Origin: Promethearchaeota archaeon
GTDB taxonomy: Archaea > Asgardarchaeota > Lokiarchaeia > Sigyniarchaeales > SOKP01
DNA: 64,000 bases
NCBI GenBank assembly: GCA_016839705.1
Contig: JAEOTR010000046.1
Span: forward strand, 1-64,000
Reading direction: 5' to 3'
Under the pieces are notes generated by a model that searched no databases, had not been told where the DNA came from, and worked only from the letters and a program-made list of their open reading frames with translations. Below, in pieces: positions 10,401 to 19,733 of this stretch. Within the stretch, counting starts at the first letter, position 1; the number at the start of each line of letters is the position of its first letter. Position numbers and translations under genes: made by a program.

Positions 10401-10951
10401 TCAATAATTTCGTCTTGCATTTCCCAGTCAATAGCTCCTGCTTCACATTCTTTTTCACAGAGTTTACATGCATTTTTTGTTAAATATAAACATTTTTCTG
10501 CATCAATGACGGCTTTTCGTGGCACAGCTTGAGGAAAAGGAATATACACCGCTGTTCTTAACCCCATGTTCTCCTCAAATTCACTGGGTATCTTTTTCAT
10601 TGGGCACTTCTCACTACATGCTCCACACCCAGTACATTTATCCCAATCAACATATCGAGATTTTTTAAGGACTTTAACTTTAAAATTGCCTGCCTCACCA
10701 GATACTTCTTTTACTTCAGAGTAGGTAAGGAGCTCAACATTAGGATGTCTAGACACTTCAACCATCTTTGGAGCAAGAATACAGATGCTACAATCTAACG
10801 TAGGAAAAGTCTTATCTAATTGCGCCATTCTACCCCCTACGGAGGAGGTTTTTTCAACTAAAATTACGCGATATCCCTGCTCTCCTAGAGTTAATGCTGC
10901 TTCGATTCCACTAATACCTGCACCGATAATTAAAATATTGTTTTTTTTCAT
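7466..10951 (-). CDS. hdrA: HdrA-like flavoprotein with two FAD modules fused to C-terminal MvhD
   Basis: GAGISG and GGGIAG FAD motifs, KTFPTLDC, several ferredoxin motifs, RIGVFICRCG, C-terminal FLCNWCSYAGAD..RVMCTGR..GCHIGDCHY (MvhD). Confidence 0.92.
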   Translation of the reverse strand: MKKNNILIIGAGISGIEAALTLGEQGYRVILVEKTSSVGGRMAQLDKTFPTLDCSICILAPKMVEVSRHPNVELLTYSEVKEVSGEAGNFKVKVLKKSRYVDWDKCTGCGACSEKCPMKKIPSEFEENMGLRTAVYIPFPQAVPRKAVIDAEKCLYLTKNACKLCEKECEAGAIDWEMQDEIIEYNVASIICATGFDLLDPSVLDRYHYGEYPNVITAMQYERLLSASGPTEGELLRPSDKEHAHNIGFVSCVGSRNMDLCPYCSKFCCMYQTKEGVVTREHSPDTKVTIFFNDSRVIGKNQEEFIERAKDEYGLIYYRGIPGDVRENPENHNLYVKHANLDTGDVEVSEFDLVVLANAVIPRKDAKQLAEILGIEQNELGFFKTMDSTEDLRSTKEGIYVTGSCQSPDDIANSVAKAGGAAALAATYAVPLSDEEKKVELPPLKIINPKDDPRIGVFICRCGINIAGYMDIPTLVEYAKTLPNVVFSMENKYSCSQLTQDIIKEKIEELNLNRVVVAACTPRTHEPLFQKTIREVGLNEYLFNFVSIRELDSWVHMNDNPRATDKAKDLVRMGVARVAAQKAELKIKGNVIPEALIVGGGIAGMSAALEIANKGFKVHLVEKDEKLGGQLNLIYKINFDRIDSKEFLEAKLKEFNEQKNITVYLNSEVVDVKGSIGDFKVGIKNHTEEKNITLNVGTIIAATGAYEYKPNGWYHYGEIDNVMTQLELSEKLRNNGLKDGETLVFIHCVGSRQPEGGNGVSYCSLICCSESIRHALYVRETYPNSTIYVLYRDIRVGTDEEPYYWKARENVNYIRFNEYPTVDPINDKLKVNVKDILTQTDLSIEADKVVLSTPLMPHDTQKLGEMIKCARDQNGFFLEAHVKLRPVDFATDGIYLAGTCHGPKGIADSISQGRGAAAHALIPLISGEVENEPLISVVDPALCIACQKCEEVCNFGAIGVNFDNDILVSESNPLLCKGCGDCSAACPAGAITMSHFADNQIYPMIREAVKGEYIDERPRIVAFLCNWCSYAGADTCGVSRFQYPTNIRPIRVMCTGRIPKSFILQAFLEGADGVFIGGCHIGDCHYLEGNYDMLQRYNELKDILESVGINSDRYRLEWVSASEGKRFSQVVTEFVNLVKELGPLSKTGDKIEKKQKAKEGA

Positions 10952-11550
10952 GATTTCTTTATTTCCTTAATTTTTTGTTTTAAATTGTGTAATAATACCA
11001 ATTTATTAGAAATATTTTATTGAATTTGAAAATTGTTTTTCAGTTTGATAATATAATATTAAATAATTAATTAAATCAATTAATGATTATCTCCGACAGA
11101 ATTCTATATAAATATTTTGTTAAACGACTAATTTTATTAAGATAATATCGAATTTTTAGTAGATGTGTGAATTATTGATCATAATTTTAGTAGAAAATTA
11201 TTAATTTTGCTCATCTACCAATTAATCATCAGTAGTAAATTCGAGTAATAAAACTGTCAAAAAATTAGTGAATACTGACTTTTTTGTGTATTAATAGGAA
11301 TAACTCACGAAATTGAAAAAACTAGTCTTGACCTAGATAATTCTCTTTTTCGATTTAATATTCAACTCAAAATAGATAAGAAAAATTGATAAGAAATTGA
11401 AGATTTTAATATTCAAAGTATAAACTAGTTATTATCTCTGTAATAAAAAGTTATAATTAGTATAATATCTGTATAATAAACCAAATTATAAGATAAAATA
11501 TGAAAAATTAATTGAGATACTTGCATTATTAAATAATTGGTGAAACTAAC

Positions 11551-12231
11551 ATTAAAATCGTCGTATCAGGTCCTTTGCAGTCGGGTAAGTCAAGTTACAT
11601 AAAATATCTAGATAATAATGCTCTAAATGTAGAAGCGAAGGGTAAAGACGAGAGATATTATACTGTGGGGATGGATTTAGGTTCGATAAAACTGAACGGA
11701 TTTGATTGCTATCTGTTTGGAACTCCAGGACTCCTTAGATTCTCAGTAATGAGAAATATAGTAACAAGTGGAAGTGATGGCATAATTTTCATATTTGATT
11801 CAGTTCATCCTGAAAAGGATGATAGTGCAATCGTCATTTTAAATTCTGTTAGGAAATTATTGCCTACCAATATTCCTGTTGTTTTTTTAGCTAACAAGCA
11901 GGATGTCGAGGGTGCTCGCCCCCCAGAAATAATTCGTCAGCAAAATTATTTACCCGAAAACAGTAAAATCTTTCCGACAAGTACAACAACTGGCCTAAAT
12001 ATTAAAGAATCAATAACCCATTTGGTGAATATTATTTATGAGGAATATTCATCACTTATACAAGTACTAAGAACTCATGAAAATGATATTCCTGGACTTG
12101 CTGAAGAATTAAAAAAAGATAGTATAGAAATTAAAAATTTGTTGAATAATCTTGAAATCAAGAGATTTATCGAAGTAGACAGAGTCCAAAAAACCTATAA
12201 AGTTCGATCAGGATTAAAATATTTAGTTTAA
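11551..12231 (+). CDS. Small GTPase (MglA-like) with C-terminal winged-helix-like domain; start reassigned upstream of the ORF-track TTG
   Basis: In-frame IKIVVSGPLQSGKS (G1) begins before 11575; TVGMDLG, LFGTPG, NKQD. Confidence 0.8.
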   Translation: MKIVVSGPLQSGKSSYIKYLDNNALNVEAKGKDERYYTVGMDLGSIKLNGFDCYLFGTPGLLRFSVMRNIVTSGSDGIIFIFDSVHPEKDDSAIVILNSVRKLLPTNIPVVFLANKQDVEGARPPEIIRQQNYLPENSKIFPTSTTTGLNIKESITHLVNIIYEEYSSLIQVLRTHENDIPGLAEELKKDSIEIKNLLNNLEIKRFIEVDRVQKTYKVRSGLKYLV

Positions 12232-12237
12232 CTTTTT

Positions 12238-14109
12238 TTAAACAATTTCGAGCGGTGAAACTTCATCTATTTCAAATTTATGTTGAAACTCAATTAATTC
12301 AGAGTTCTGTTGATTAAGAATATCCCAAAAAAATGAGGGTATATTGATTTCTTTTTCGTAGTTAGCTCTTATTCTTTTAAATTTCTGTAGAAGTTTCTCA
12401 ATTCGTATAGAAAATTGCTCAATATATTCATTTTCTTTATAAACTTTATTTAAATATTGCTTAAACAGATTTCTTAGATCTTTATATTTTGGGATATAAC
12501 CTATTGGTGTTTTAATGGCATCATAATCCCCGTGTGTCCTTCCTTCTGCCCAGATTACCCAACATAGTTTATCTAATATGCCGTTAAGATATTTATTGTC
12601 TTTACTTTTAAGAAAATAATTCATTGCGAATACTTTTGGAGGATAAGCTAAATCATTTCCAAATTTCTGATGGTTTTTAAAATAATTCCCTAATGGTACA
12701 ACTATAAAATCTAAATTTGCCATTGGTTGTGCGTTTCTGATTCCTTCTGTACCTAAGGTCTGTGCGGTGGTTTCAGATTCTATCGTGGCACCTAAGAACA
12801 CTCCATGCTCCCAATTAAGACTTTCCACTACTGGTGGCATTGTATCGCTATCTCGCCCACCATAGAAAATTCCGTTGATCGGTACACCTATAGGGTTGTG
12901 AAGATTTGGATCAGCGTTAGCTAATTCTTCAATACGGATTGTATAACGAGCATTAGGGTGTGCATGTGGGATCTCTATGCCATCAGTATCTTTTTTTCCT
13001 TTTCTCCATTTCCCAGAGAAATTCACACCCTCCTCTGGAATGATTCTTCCATCTCCAATCCAGTATGGTAACTTATCTTTGATTAACACATTTGAAAAAA
13101 TTGTTTCCCTAGGAGTTGTAATAGCCTCAAAGATAACTGGATCATTGTGTGAGTTAACATCCTTGATGATTCCAAATATCCCTCTTTCAATATTGACAGC
13201 ATGAGCATATCCATCTTCCCATTTCCGTAGATATGCAATATCATCTCCTAAGATAGTTTGACCAGGTAGCATTGCCGTAGCCGTTTTTCCACAACCCGAA
13301 GGATAAGCACCACAAGCATAAGTAATCCGATTTTTCCCTTTCGGGTGTATACCTAAAATAAAATAATGTTCTGCTAACCAGTCTTCGTTATTTGATTTAT
13401 TAATTGCTAGCCTTAACGCAAGTTTCTTCAAGCCAAGTGAATTACCGGCATATTGATTAAAGCATGATAAAACTCTATTCTCTTGCAAATCGATATAGAT
13501 CCTACGTTTGGTAAGATCTTCAGTAACAGGTGGAATTCCTGCCAATTTTCCACCGGAATGAATAAAATAGAAGAATTCATTGGAGCCTTTTAAATTTTTA
13601 AATTCTTCATAACCAGATCTATAAAGAAGATCTTCTGAATGAGCAACATAAAAAGAATCAGTCAGCTGTAGCGCAAGAATGGAAAATACAGAATTTTTTG
13701 GGCCTAAACAGAAAAATCGTATTAAACACTCACGATTTTTCATACACCCGTCCATAATTTCCATAATTTCTTCAAGCCCTTTTTCTCTATCTATTGTATT
13801 TATCCAAGGACTGGCATACTCACCTTTAGGGATTAATATTCTTGTATTTTTCTTATCTCTTGCCTGATCATGGTTTGACATTGTAAAGAACCCATCATAA
13901 TGGATAGTATGTCCTTCAATCTCCAATATTGCTTCTTCGCCAATTTCAATAGCCTTTAACCGAACGTATTCAATATCTTCCTCTGAGTCTGTAATTACCG
14001 TAATTTTTGCTGGCTTACATAGACTAACAAAATCTTTTACAATTTTTAAAATATGATTATTGTTTAAGGCCTTCAATTTTTCTAGATTGGGTAAATCTAT
14101 TCTCTCCAT
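12238..14109 (-). CDS. pckG: Phosphoenolpyruvate carboxykinase (GTP)
   Basis: YAGNSLGLKK, WLAEH, PSGCGKT, GDDIAY, AHPNARY, GGRDSD. Confidence 0.93.
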   Translation of the reverse strand: MERIDLPNLEKLKALNNNHILKIVKDFVSLCKPAKITVITDSEEDIEYVRLKAIEIGEEAILEIEGHTIHYDGFFTMSNHDQARDKKNTRILIPKGEYASPWINTIDREKGLEEIMEIMDGCMKNRECLIRFFCLGPKNSVFSILALQLTDSFYVAHSEDLLYRSGYEEFKNLKGSNEFFYFIHSGGKLAGIPPVTEDLTKRRIYIDLQENRVLSCFNQYAGNSLGLKKLALRLAINKSNNEDWLAEHYFILGIHPKGKNRITYACGAYPSGCGKTATAMLPGQTILGDDIAYLRKWEDGYAHAVNIERGIFGIIKDVNSHNDPVIFEAITTPRETIFSNVLIKDKLPYWIGDGRIIPEEGVNFSGKWRKGKKDTDGIEIPHAHPNARYTIRIEELANADPNLHNPIGVPINGIFYGGRDSDTMPPVVESLNWEHGVFLGATIESETTAQTLGTEGIRNAQPMANLDFIVVPLGNYFKNHQKFGNDLAYPPKVFAMNYFLKSKDNKYLNGILDKLCWVIWAEGRTHGDYDAIKTPIGYIPKYKDLRNLFKQYLNKVYKENEYIEQFSIRIEKLLQKFKRIRANYEKEINIPSFFWDILNQQNSELIEFQHKFEIDEVSPLEIV

Positions 14110-14253
14110 CTGAGTTCTATCTACAATTTTTCTGTAATAATTATTTCAATTGATTGTTAATGTGTTATTTGAAATCTTGTAGCTTTATTAATTTTATCGA
14201 CTCGTATATTCCTATTCTTAGAAATAGAGATTATGTATTCATAAAATTAAAAT

Positions 14254-14275
14254 AAAAAAAAAAGGAAAAAAAAAA
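14254..14275 (-). terminator. Poly-U terminator of thermosome gene
   Basis: A10-GG-A10 on + strand directly abutting the stop codon (U-tracts on - strand). Confidence 0.55.
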
Positions 14276-15865
14276 CTACATTCCTGGTGATTTAGAGCCT
14301 TTTGAGTTAATAATTCGATCTATTCGTAATATAAGGTTGGCTAATTCGCTTCCAGATTTGATTATATGGTTAACTAATTCAGCAGGTTCAACGATTCCTT
14401 TATTATAGTTATCCTCTATCGTATTAGTGATGGTATCAATTCCAATCCATTTATCAGTATCTGTTTTGTGAGCGGCTCTTAACTCGGTGAGTTTTTCTAT
14501 TTCTTCAAAACCCGCATTTTGGATTAATGTTTTAGGGATTTCTTCAAGTGCTAAGGCAAAAGCTGAGACTGCAAGTTGTTCCTTTCCACCAATTTGATTC
14601 GCATATAATCTAACTTGTTTAGCAAGTTCTATGTAAATCGCTCCACCACCAGCTACAACTGTTTTCGTGTCCATTACTTTTGCTATTACTGATAGTACAT
14701 CGTTTAATGAGACTTCTGCTGTACTAAGAATCTTATCGAGACCCCCTTTAAGTAAAATAGAAACTGATTTTGGATTTTTACATCCTGTTAATAGTGTATA
14801 CTCATCATCACCAATTTTTTCAAATTCTACCTTTGAGGCAAATCCTAAGTCATCTTCGGTTAAGGAGGTTAAATCGTCCACCAATTTTGCATCGACGGCT
14901 TTTAGAATTGATTTATAGTCGCTCTCCCCTACATTTTTAATGGCAGCAATTCCATCTCTAGCTAAATACGCACCAAATTTGTCAGAAATATCGCTACTAT
15001 TTATTACTACATTAACTCCTAGATCCTTAAAGATCTTCATATAATCAAGCAGAATTTTCTCTTCTTGGTCCAAAAATCTTTGAATTTCACTAGGACTAGA
15101 AATTTTGACTTGAGCATCAAACTCAGTTTTTTTCACATCTAATTTTCGTCTAATTACCGCGATCTTGGCATCTTTTATGACTTCAGGCATCATCGAATTA
15201 ACTTTTTCCTTTTGGATATATACACCGTTAATCAACTCTGTATCTTTTAGAGACTTACCGGGGGCTTTTACAATTTTCACATTAGAAACTTTATTAAAGG
15301 TTTTTCCATCATCATTGGATATATGCTTCACCGCTTCCAATGCTAAACTTGCGAAAAAATCCTTAAGTGTAGAAATTCCCTTAGCATTCATTGCTGTTTT
15401 AGCGACGTTTATTAAAACTTTATCATCATCCTTAGAAATTGTTTCAGCTATATTTTTGATTATTTCAAGGGATTTATCCATAGCTAATTTATACCCATGA
15501 ATAATCGGTTTAGGGTGGATACCTTGTTCAATTAAATCTAAAGCGTTATTTAATAATGCAGCAGAAAAAATTACTACAGATGTAGTCCCGTCTCCTATCT
15601 CCTCATCCATTGATTTGGCTACATTGACCATCATGTTTGCTGATATGTTTTCAATGTCAAGATTTTTCAATATCTCAGCACCATCGTTAGTAATCGTAAC
15701 ATCACCTAATGAATCAACCAACATTTTTGACATACCCTTAGGTCCCAGAGTTGATCGTACAGTCTCAGAAATTGCAACCATTGCTGAAATATTTTGTTTA
15801 CGAGCTTCTTTCTCTTGAATTTCTTCTGTTCCCTCTCTTAATATGATAATCGGAACGCCAGACAT
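14276..15865 (-). CDS. Group II chaperonin (thermosome/CCT) subunit
   Basis: STLGPKGM, ITNDG, GDGTT, VAGGGA, ILRID. Confidence 0.95.
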   Translation of the reverse strand: MSGVPIIILREGTEEIQEKEARKQNISAMVAISETVRSTLGPKGMSKMLVDSLGDVTITNDGAEILKNLDIENISANMMVNVAKSMDEEIGDGTTSVVIFSAALLNNALDLIEQGIHPKPIIHGYKLAMDKSLEIIKNIAETISKDDDKVLINVAKTAMNAKGISTLKDFFASLALEAVKHISNDDGKTFNKVSNVKIVKAPGKSLKDTELINGVYIQKEKVNSMMPEVIKDAKIAVIRRKLDVKKTEFDAQVKISSPSEIQRFLDQEEKILLDYMKIFKDLGVNVVINSSDISDKFGAYLARDGIAAIKNVGESDYKSILKAVDAKLVDDLTSLTEDDLGFASKVEFEKIGDDEYTLLTGCKNPKSVSILLKGGLDKILSTAEVSLNDVLSVIAKVMDTKTVVAGGGAIYIELAKQVRLYANQIGGKEQLAVSAFALALEEIPKTLIQNAGFEEIEKLTELRAAHKTDTDKWIGIDTITNTIEDNYNKGIVEPAELVNHIIKSGSELANLILRIDRIINSKGSKSPGM

Positions 15866-16078
15866 ATTTTTTCACGATATTATAATTTTTTTTAGTATTA
15901 AAAAAGTAAATTGTAACTTTTTATTTATATAGATCCCTAAGTCATAAATTTATTTGAATTTTATGAATTTTTAAAAAAAATAAAATATTCATATCTAGTC
16001 CTAACCAGGAAAAACAATGATATTTCTAATTAATAGTTATTAAAATAAACAAATTCACAGTTGATTCTTATTAAAAAC

Positions 16079-16537
16079 TCAAATTTCTACAAAAGAAGTG
16101 TTCTTGTATTCCTTAAGAATCATATTTGAATTTGTTCTTGTAATGTACTCTTTTTTGTTCAGTTCCCTTATGAAACTATGAATATCTTCTGCTTCTTGAA
16201 ATCTACATACTAAAGCTGCAGATTGTTCTCCTGTGGTGTGGAAAACGCTACAAACTTCGGGAATTTGAGAGATTTCACTAAGGATCTCTTCAGTAAACTT
16301 TCCATCACAGTTGATTCTAATCAGAAAAGATAATTTATATCCTAATTTAACATTGTTTAATCTTAAAGTATATCCTTCTATAATACCATTATCTCTTAAT
16401 TTAGAAATTCTGTTATGAATTGTCCCAATAGATATTCCCAACCTATCTTGAATTTCTCTGTAACTCGTCCTGGCATCTTCTTGTAATATTCTTATAATGT
16501 TTTTGTCTATGTCATCGAGAGCTTTCTCTTTTTTCAC
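16079..16537 (-). CDS. Lrp/AsnC family transcriptional regulator
   Basis: LDDIDKNIIRILQEDARTSYREI..RISKLRDNGIIEGY. Confidence 0.9.
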   Translation of the reverse strand: MKKEKALDDIDKNIIRILQEDARTSYREIQDRLGISIGTIHNRISKLRDNGIIEGYTLRLNNVKLGYKLSFLIRINCDGKFTEEILSEISQIPEVCSVFHTTGEQSAALVCRFQEAEDIHSFIRELNKKEYITRTNSNMILKEYKNTSFVEI

Positions 16538-16648
16538 AGAAGATCAACCCTTTCATAATTTAATATCTGCATTAAAACCAATATATTTTATTTTAAAAAA
16601 TATATAAAACTTTAGAAAAATCTCGCATTTGATGAAAATTGTTTAAAT

Positions 16649-17071
16649 TTATTTCTCATAAATGTCGTTTGGATCAAAAATTCTTGTACTATTCACCCTA
16701 AATTGCCCCTTGTCTAAAGTTTTATAAAAACACGAATAATACCCTTTATGACAAGCAGCTTTAATTTGTTTAACCTTTATTAAAATGGAATCATTATCAC
16801 AATCTGTTATAAAATCTTTAATCTCCTGAACGTGACCACTTGTTTCCCCTTTTTTCCACACTTTCTGTCGAGATCTTGAATAGTAGTGAGCCCACCCTGT
16901 TTCTAAAGTCTTCTCAATCGCTTGTTTATCAGCATAAGCAAGCATTAACACTTCATTACTAACTTCATCCTGTGCAATTACTGGTATTAGATTACCTTCA
17001 AGTTTCGAGAAATCTAATTGATCTATAATTTTTCCAATTTCAGTATGAGAAAATTTTTTCATAGTTATCAA
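16649..17071 (-). CDS. hisI: Phosphoribosyl-AMP cyclohydrolase
   Basis: YYSRSRQKVWKKGETSGH, DCDND, ACHKGYYSCF. Confidence 0.93.
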   Translation of the reverse strand: MITMKKFSHTEIGKIIDQLDFSKLEGNLIPVIAQDEVSNEVLMLAYADKQAIEKTLETGWAHYYSRSRQKVWKKGETSGHVQEIKDFITDCDNDSILIKVKQIKAACHKGYYSCFYKTLDKGQFRVNSTRIFDPNDIYEK

Positions 17072-17128
17072 AATTTATTATTTTGTATATATTTTGTTTA
17101 GTATCGAATATAAATAGATGAAGGAAAA

Positions 17129-18223
17129 ATGGGTAACAGCTTTAAACTTGACCCTTGGGGTTCTTCTGCACTTGCTGAAGAAGATTATACAAGATTAATT
17201 AAAGAGTTTGGAATTGAAGAGATTGATGATGCAACAAGGCTAAAAATGAATGATAATCGATTCATCAGAAGAAAAATTATGTTTGGGCATCGAGATTTAC
17301 AATATGTTTTTAAAGCAATCGAATTAGGACAACCCTGGGCGGTCATGAGTGGAATTAAGCCTTCAGGTCCTTTTCATCTAGGAACTTTAACAACAGCATT
17401 AGAAATTGTTGAATTCCAAAAAATGGGGGCGAAGGCATACTATTGCATAGCTGACGTCGAATCATGGGAGGATAATGGAATTCCATGGGAAGAAGCAGAA
17501 GATGATGCTATTGATAATTTAGCAGATATTTTAGCACTAGGATTGGATCCAAAAAATGCGTATATTTGGCGTCAGAGTGAAGAACCAATTGTGAAAGATG
17601 TTGTCTATAGAGTTAGTAGATTAGTAACACAAAATATGTTAAATGCCATTTATGGCGAGAAGACATTCGGACTTTACTTATCAGCACTGATACAAGTGGG
17701 TGATATCATTTTACCACAGATTCAAGATGTACCCCAACCAACCATAGTTCCTGTTGGTATAGATCAAGATCCTCACATACGATTAACTAGAGACCTCACA
17801 CGTAGATATTATAAAAATTTTTTCTTACCAGGGGCAACCTATCATTTTTTACTAGCTGGAATTGATGGCTCCGAAAAAATGTCAAAAAGGAATCCCAATA
17901 GTATGTTTAATTTTAATGAATCAACTGAATCTATTGAAAGAAAAATTAAAGGTGCCTTAACTGGGGGAAGAAAAAATAAAGAAGAACAACAAAAATTAGG
18001 TGGAGACCCTAAAATATGCATGATATATAAAATATTAATGTATCATTTTGAAGAGGATGACGAAAAGTTAGCTTCGGATTATGCAATGTGTATTACTGGA
18101 AAACTTTTATGTGGAGAGCACAAAAGAGATTGTGTTCAAAAAGTGTTAAAATTTATAGAACTACATCAAAAAAGAAAGGAAAAATTAATAGATAAAGCTA
18201 AAGAATTGCTCAACATTGATTGA
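17129..18223 (+). CDS. trpS: Tryptophanyl-tRNA synthetase (archaeal type)
   Basis: DPWG, FGHRD, PSGPFHLG, PVGIDQDPH, KMSK, LLCGEHK. Confidence 0.93.
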   Translation: MGNSFKLDPWGSSALAEEDYTRLIKEFGIEEIDDATRLKMNDNRFIRRKIMFGHRDLQYVFKAIELGQPWAVMSGIKPSGPFHLGTLTTALEIVEFQKMGAKAYYCIADVESWEDNGIPWEEAEDDAIDNLADILALGLDPKNAYIWRQSEEPIVKDVVYRVSRLVTQNMLNAIYGEKTFGLYLSALIQVGDIILPQIQDVPQPTIVPVGIDQDPHIRLTRDLTRRYYKNFFLPGATYHFLLAGIDGSEKMSKRNPNSMFNFNESTESIERKIKGALTGGRKNKEEQQKLGGDPKICMIYKILMYHFEEDDEKLASDYAMCITGKLLCGEHKRDCVQKVLKFIELHQKRKEKLIDKAKELLNID

Positions 18224-18249
18224 TTACTGTTTACTGTTGAAAGTGAAAT

Positions 18250-19173
18250 TTAAATTAACTCTTTTAAGATTTTGGATAAGTCATCAAGGAAATCTGGGAA
18301 CTTCTCCAAAAAATCTTCCTTTTTATCTTCTTTGGTAGCAACCGATACAAAAAAAGGCTCTTTACCTATTTTTAATCTATGTAAGTATGAAAATAGCGTA
18401 AATTCTGACGTAGATATGTCATGGTCTAGTTCAAATGTTTCTTCCTCCATCCTTTTTAGTAAAAAGAGATGTTCTTTAATGGATTCTAATAACTCGACAT
18501 AAATTTCTGGCTCTATATCACTATAATATTCAGAAACGATAATACCGTTACGATCAAAAACAATTAAAGCTTGACTGTTGAATTCCTCTAAATAGTTCTC
18601 TAATAACTCAGATAATTCAAAGAATTTTTCGTCAAAAACAGAAAGTCCATATGAAACTAATTGAACGATGGAAATAATATCATAAATAGAGGTCTGTTGA
18701 AATAAAATTTTAAATGTTGAATATTTATCTAATAGCTTCTCTCTTAATTTATCTATATTCTGTAAAATTTCTGTGTTCCCTCTTAAATCAGGATCATATT
18801 TATGGAAGGTAATTATTAAGGGAATATCCATTTTGTTTTCGGCAAAAAATGTTAAAATTGCATCTAAATACTCAAGAGAGTTCTCGAACCTTTCGGTGTC
18901 TTGGATATCGATTACATAAATAAGTAGGTCAGTCGCATCAAAATATACATCTTGATATTGCATGTAGATTTCCCGGTAAGTCGATTGGCCTCCCATGTCC
19001 CAGAATATTGTGTTGTTTCTGAGGAAGTTCATTTTATGATACTCTACTCTAATAGTTGGCTTCAGTTGAACAATATCCTTTTGAAAATCATATTTTTTAT
19101 CTAAAGCAGTTAATATTGACGTTTTACCCGCATTATCCAAGCCCGAAATCACAACTTTTAATAAAGATTCCAT
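18250..19173 (-). CDS. Rag/Arf-like small GTPase with C-terminal roadblock/longin-like domain
   Basis: GLDNAGKTS, PT, WDMGGQ, HKYD, TSIYD; C-terminal ALIVFDRNGIIVSE. Confidence 0.85.
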   Translation of the reverse strand: MESLLKVVISGLDNAGKTSILTALDKKYDFQKDIVQLKPTIRVEYHKMNFLRNNTIFWDMGGQSTYREIYMQYQDVYFDATDLLIYVIDIQDTERFENSLEYLDAILTFFAENKMDIPLIITFHKYDPDLRGNTEILQNIDKLREKLLDKYSTFKILFQQTSIYDIISIVQLVSYGLSVFDEKFFELSELLENYLEEFNSQALIVFDRNGIIVSEYYSDIEPEIYVELLESIKEHLFLLKRMEEETFELDHDISTSEFTLFSYLHRLKIGKEPFFVSVATKEDKKEDFLEKFPDFLDDLSKILKELI

Positions 19174-19465
19174 TAAATTTAACTCATAAACGTTTTTTAA
19201 CTTTAATAAAATAATAAATCATATCAATTTAAACTTCTTCGAATATAAAACCGAGTTTATAACATAATATTCTTCCTTTATTTGTTATATTGTCTGCTAT
19301 AATATCAAGATGCTATCTGAATATTACTCATATATGAATAATTTCATCTTTATTTGAGAATCTACTAAAAGAAAAGCGAATTGGAAGCAAATTAGATGAC
19401 ATATAAATGATATTTATATTTTTTAAAGGGAGTTCTGTCATTATATTCAATAATCTAATTTATAA

Positions 19466-19708
19466 ATGGGAGTGATATTGTTGATTGAAGTTAAGAATAG
19501 ATTTTTAGAAAATTTAGAATATCAAATAACTATGAATGAGAGATCTGAAGCAGTTTATAAGAAGATTCCTGTATTTTCTGAACAATTGAAACATTTTGAT
19601 AAGTCTGTTATGGATCTTAGAGACAAATTCGAAAAAATACATCTTCGGGAGAAATATCAAATAATAATTACAGAATTGGAATATTTAATAAACCAATCCA
19701 AAAAATAG
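19466..19708 (+). CDS. Hypothetical helical protein
   Basis: 80 aa ORF filling a gap; GGAGTGA SD-like element before an alternative TTG at 19481. Confidence 0.5.
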   Translation: MGVILLIEVKNRFLENLEYQITMNERSEAVYKKIPVFSEQLKHFDKSVMDLRDKFEKIHLREKYQIIITELEYLINQSKK

Positions 19709-19733
19709 TATATTATTCTTTATTTTTTTACAC

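Noticed and set aside
7466-10951. Selenocysteine in HdrA/MvhD (known Lokiarchaeal selenoprotein families)
   Set aside because: The ORF is uninterrupted and the relevant positions are Cys codons; no in-frame TGA
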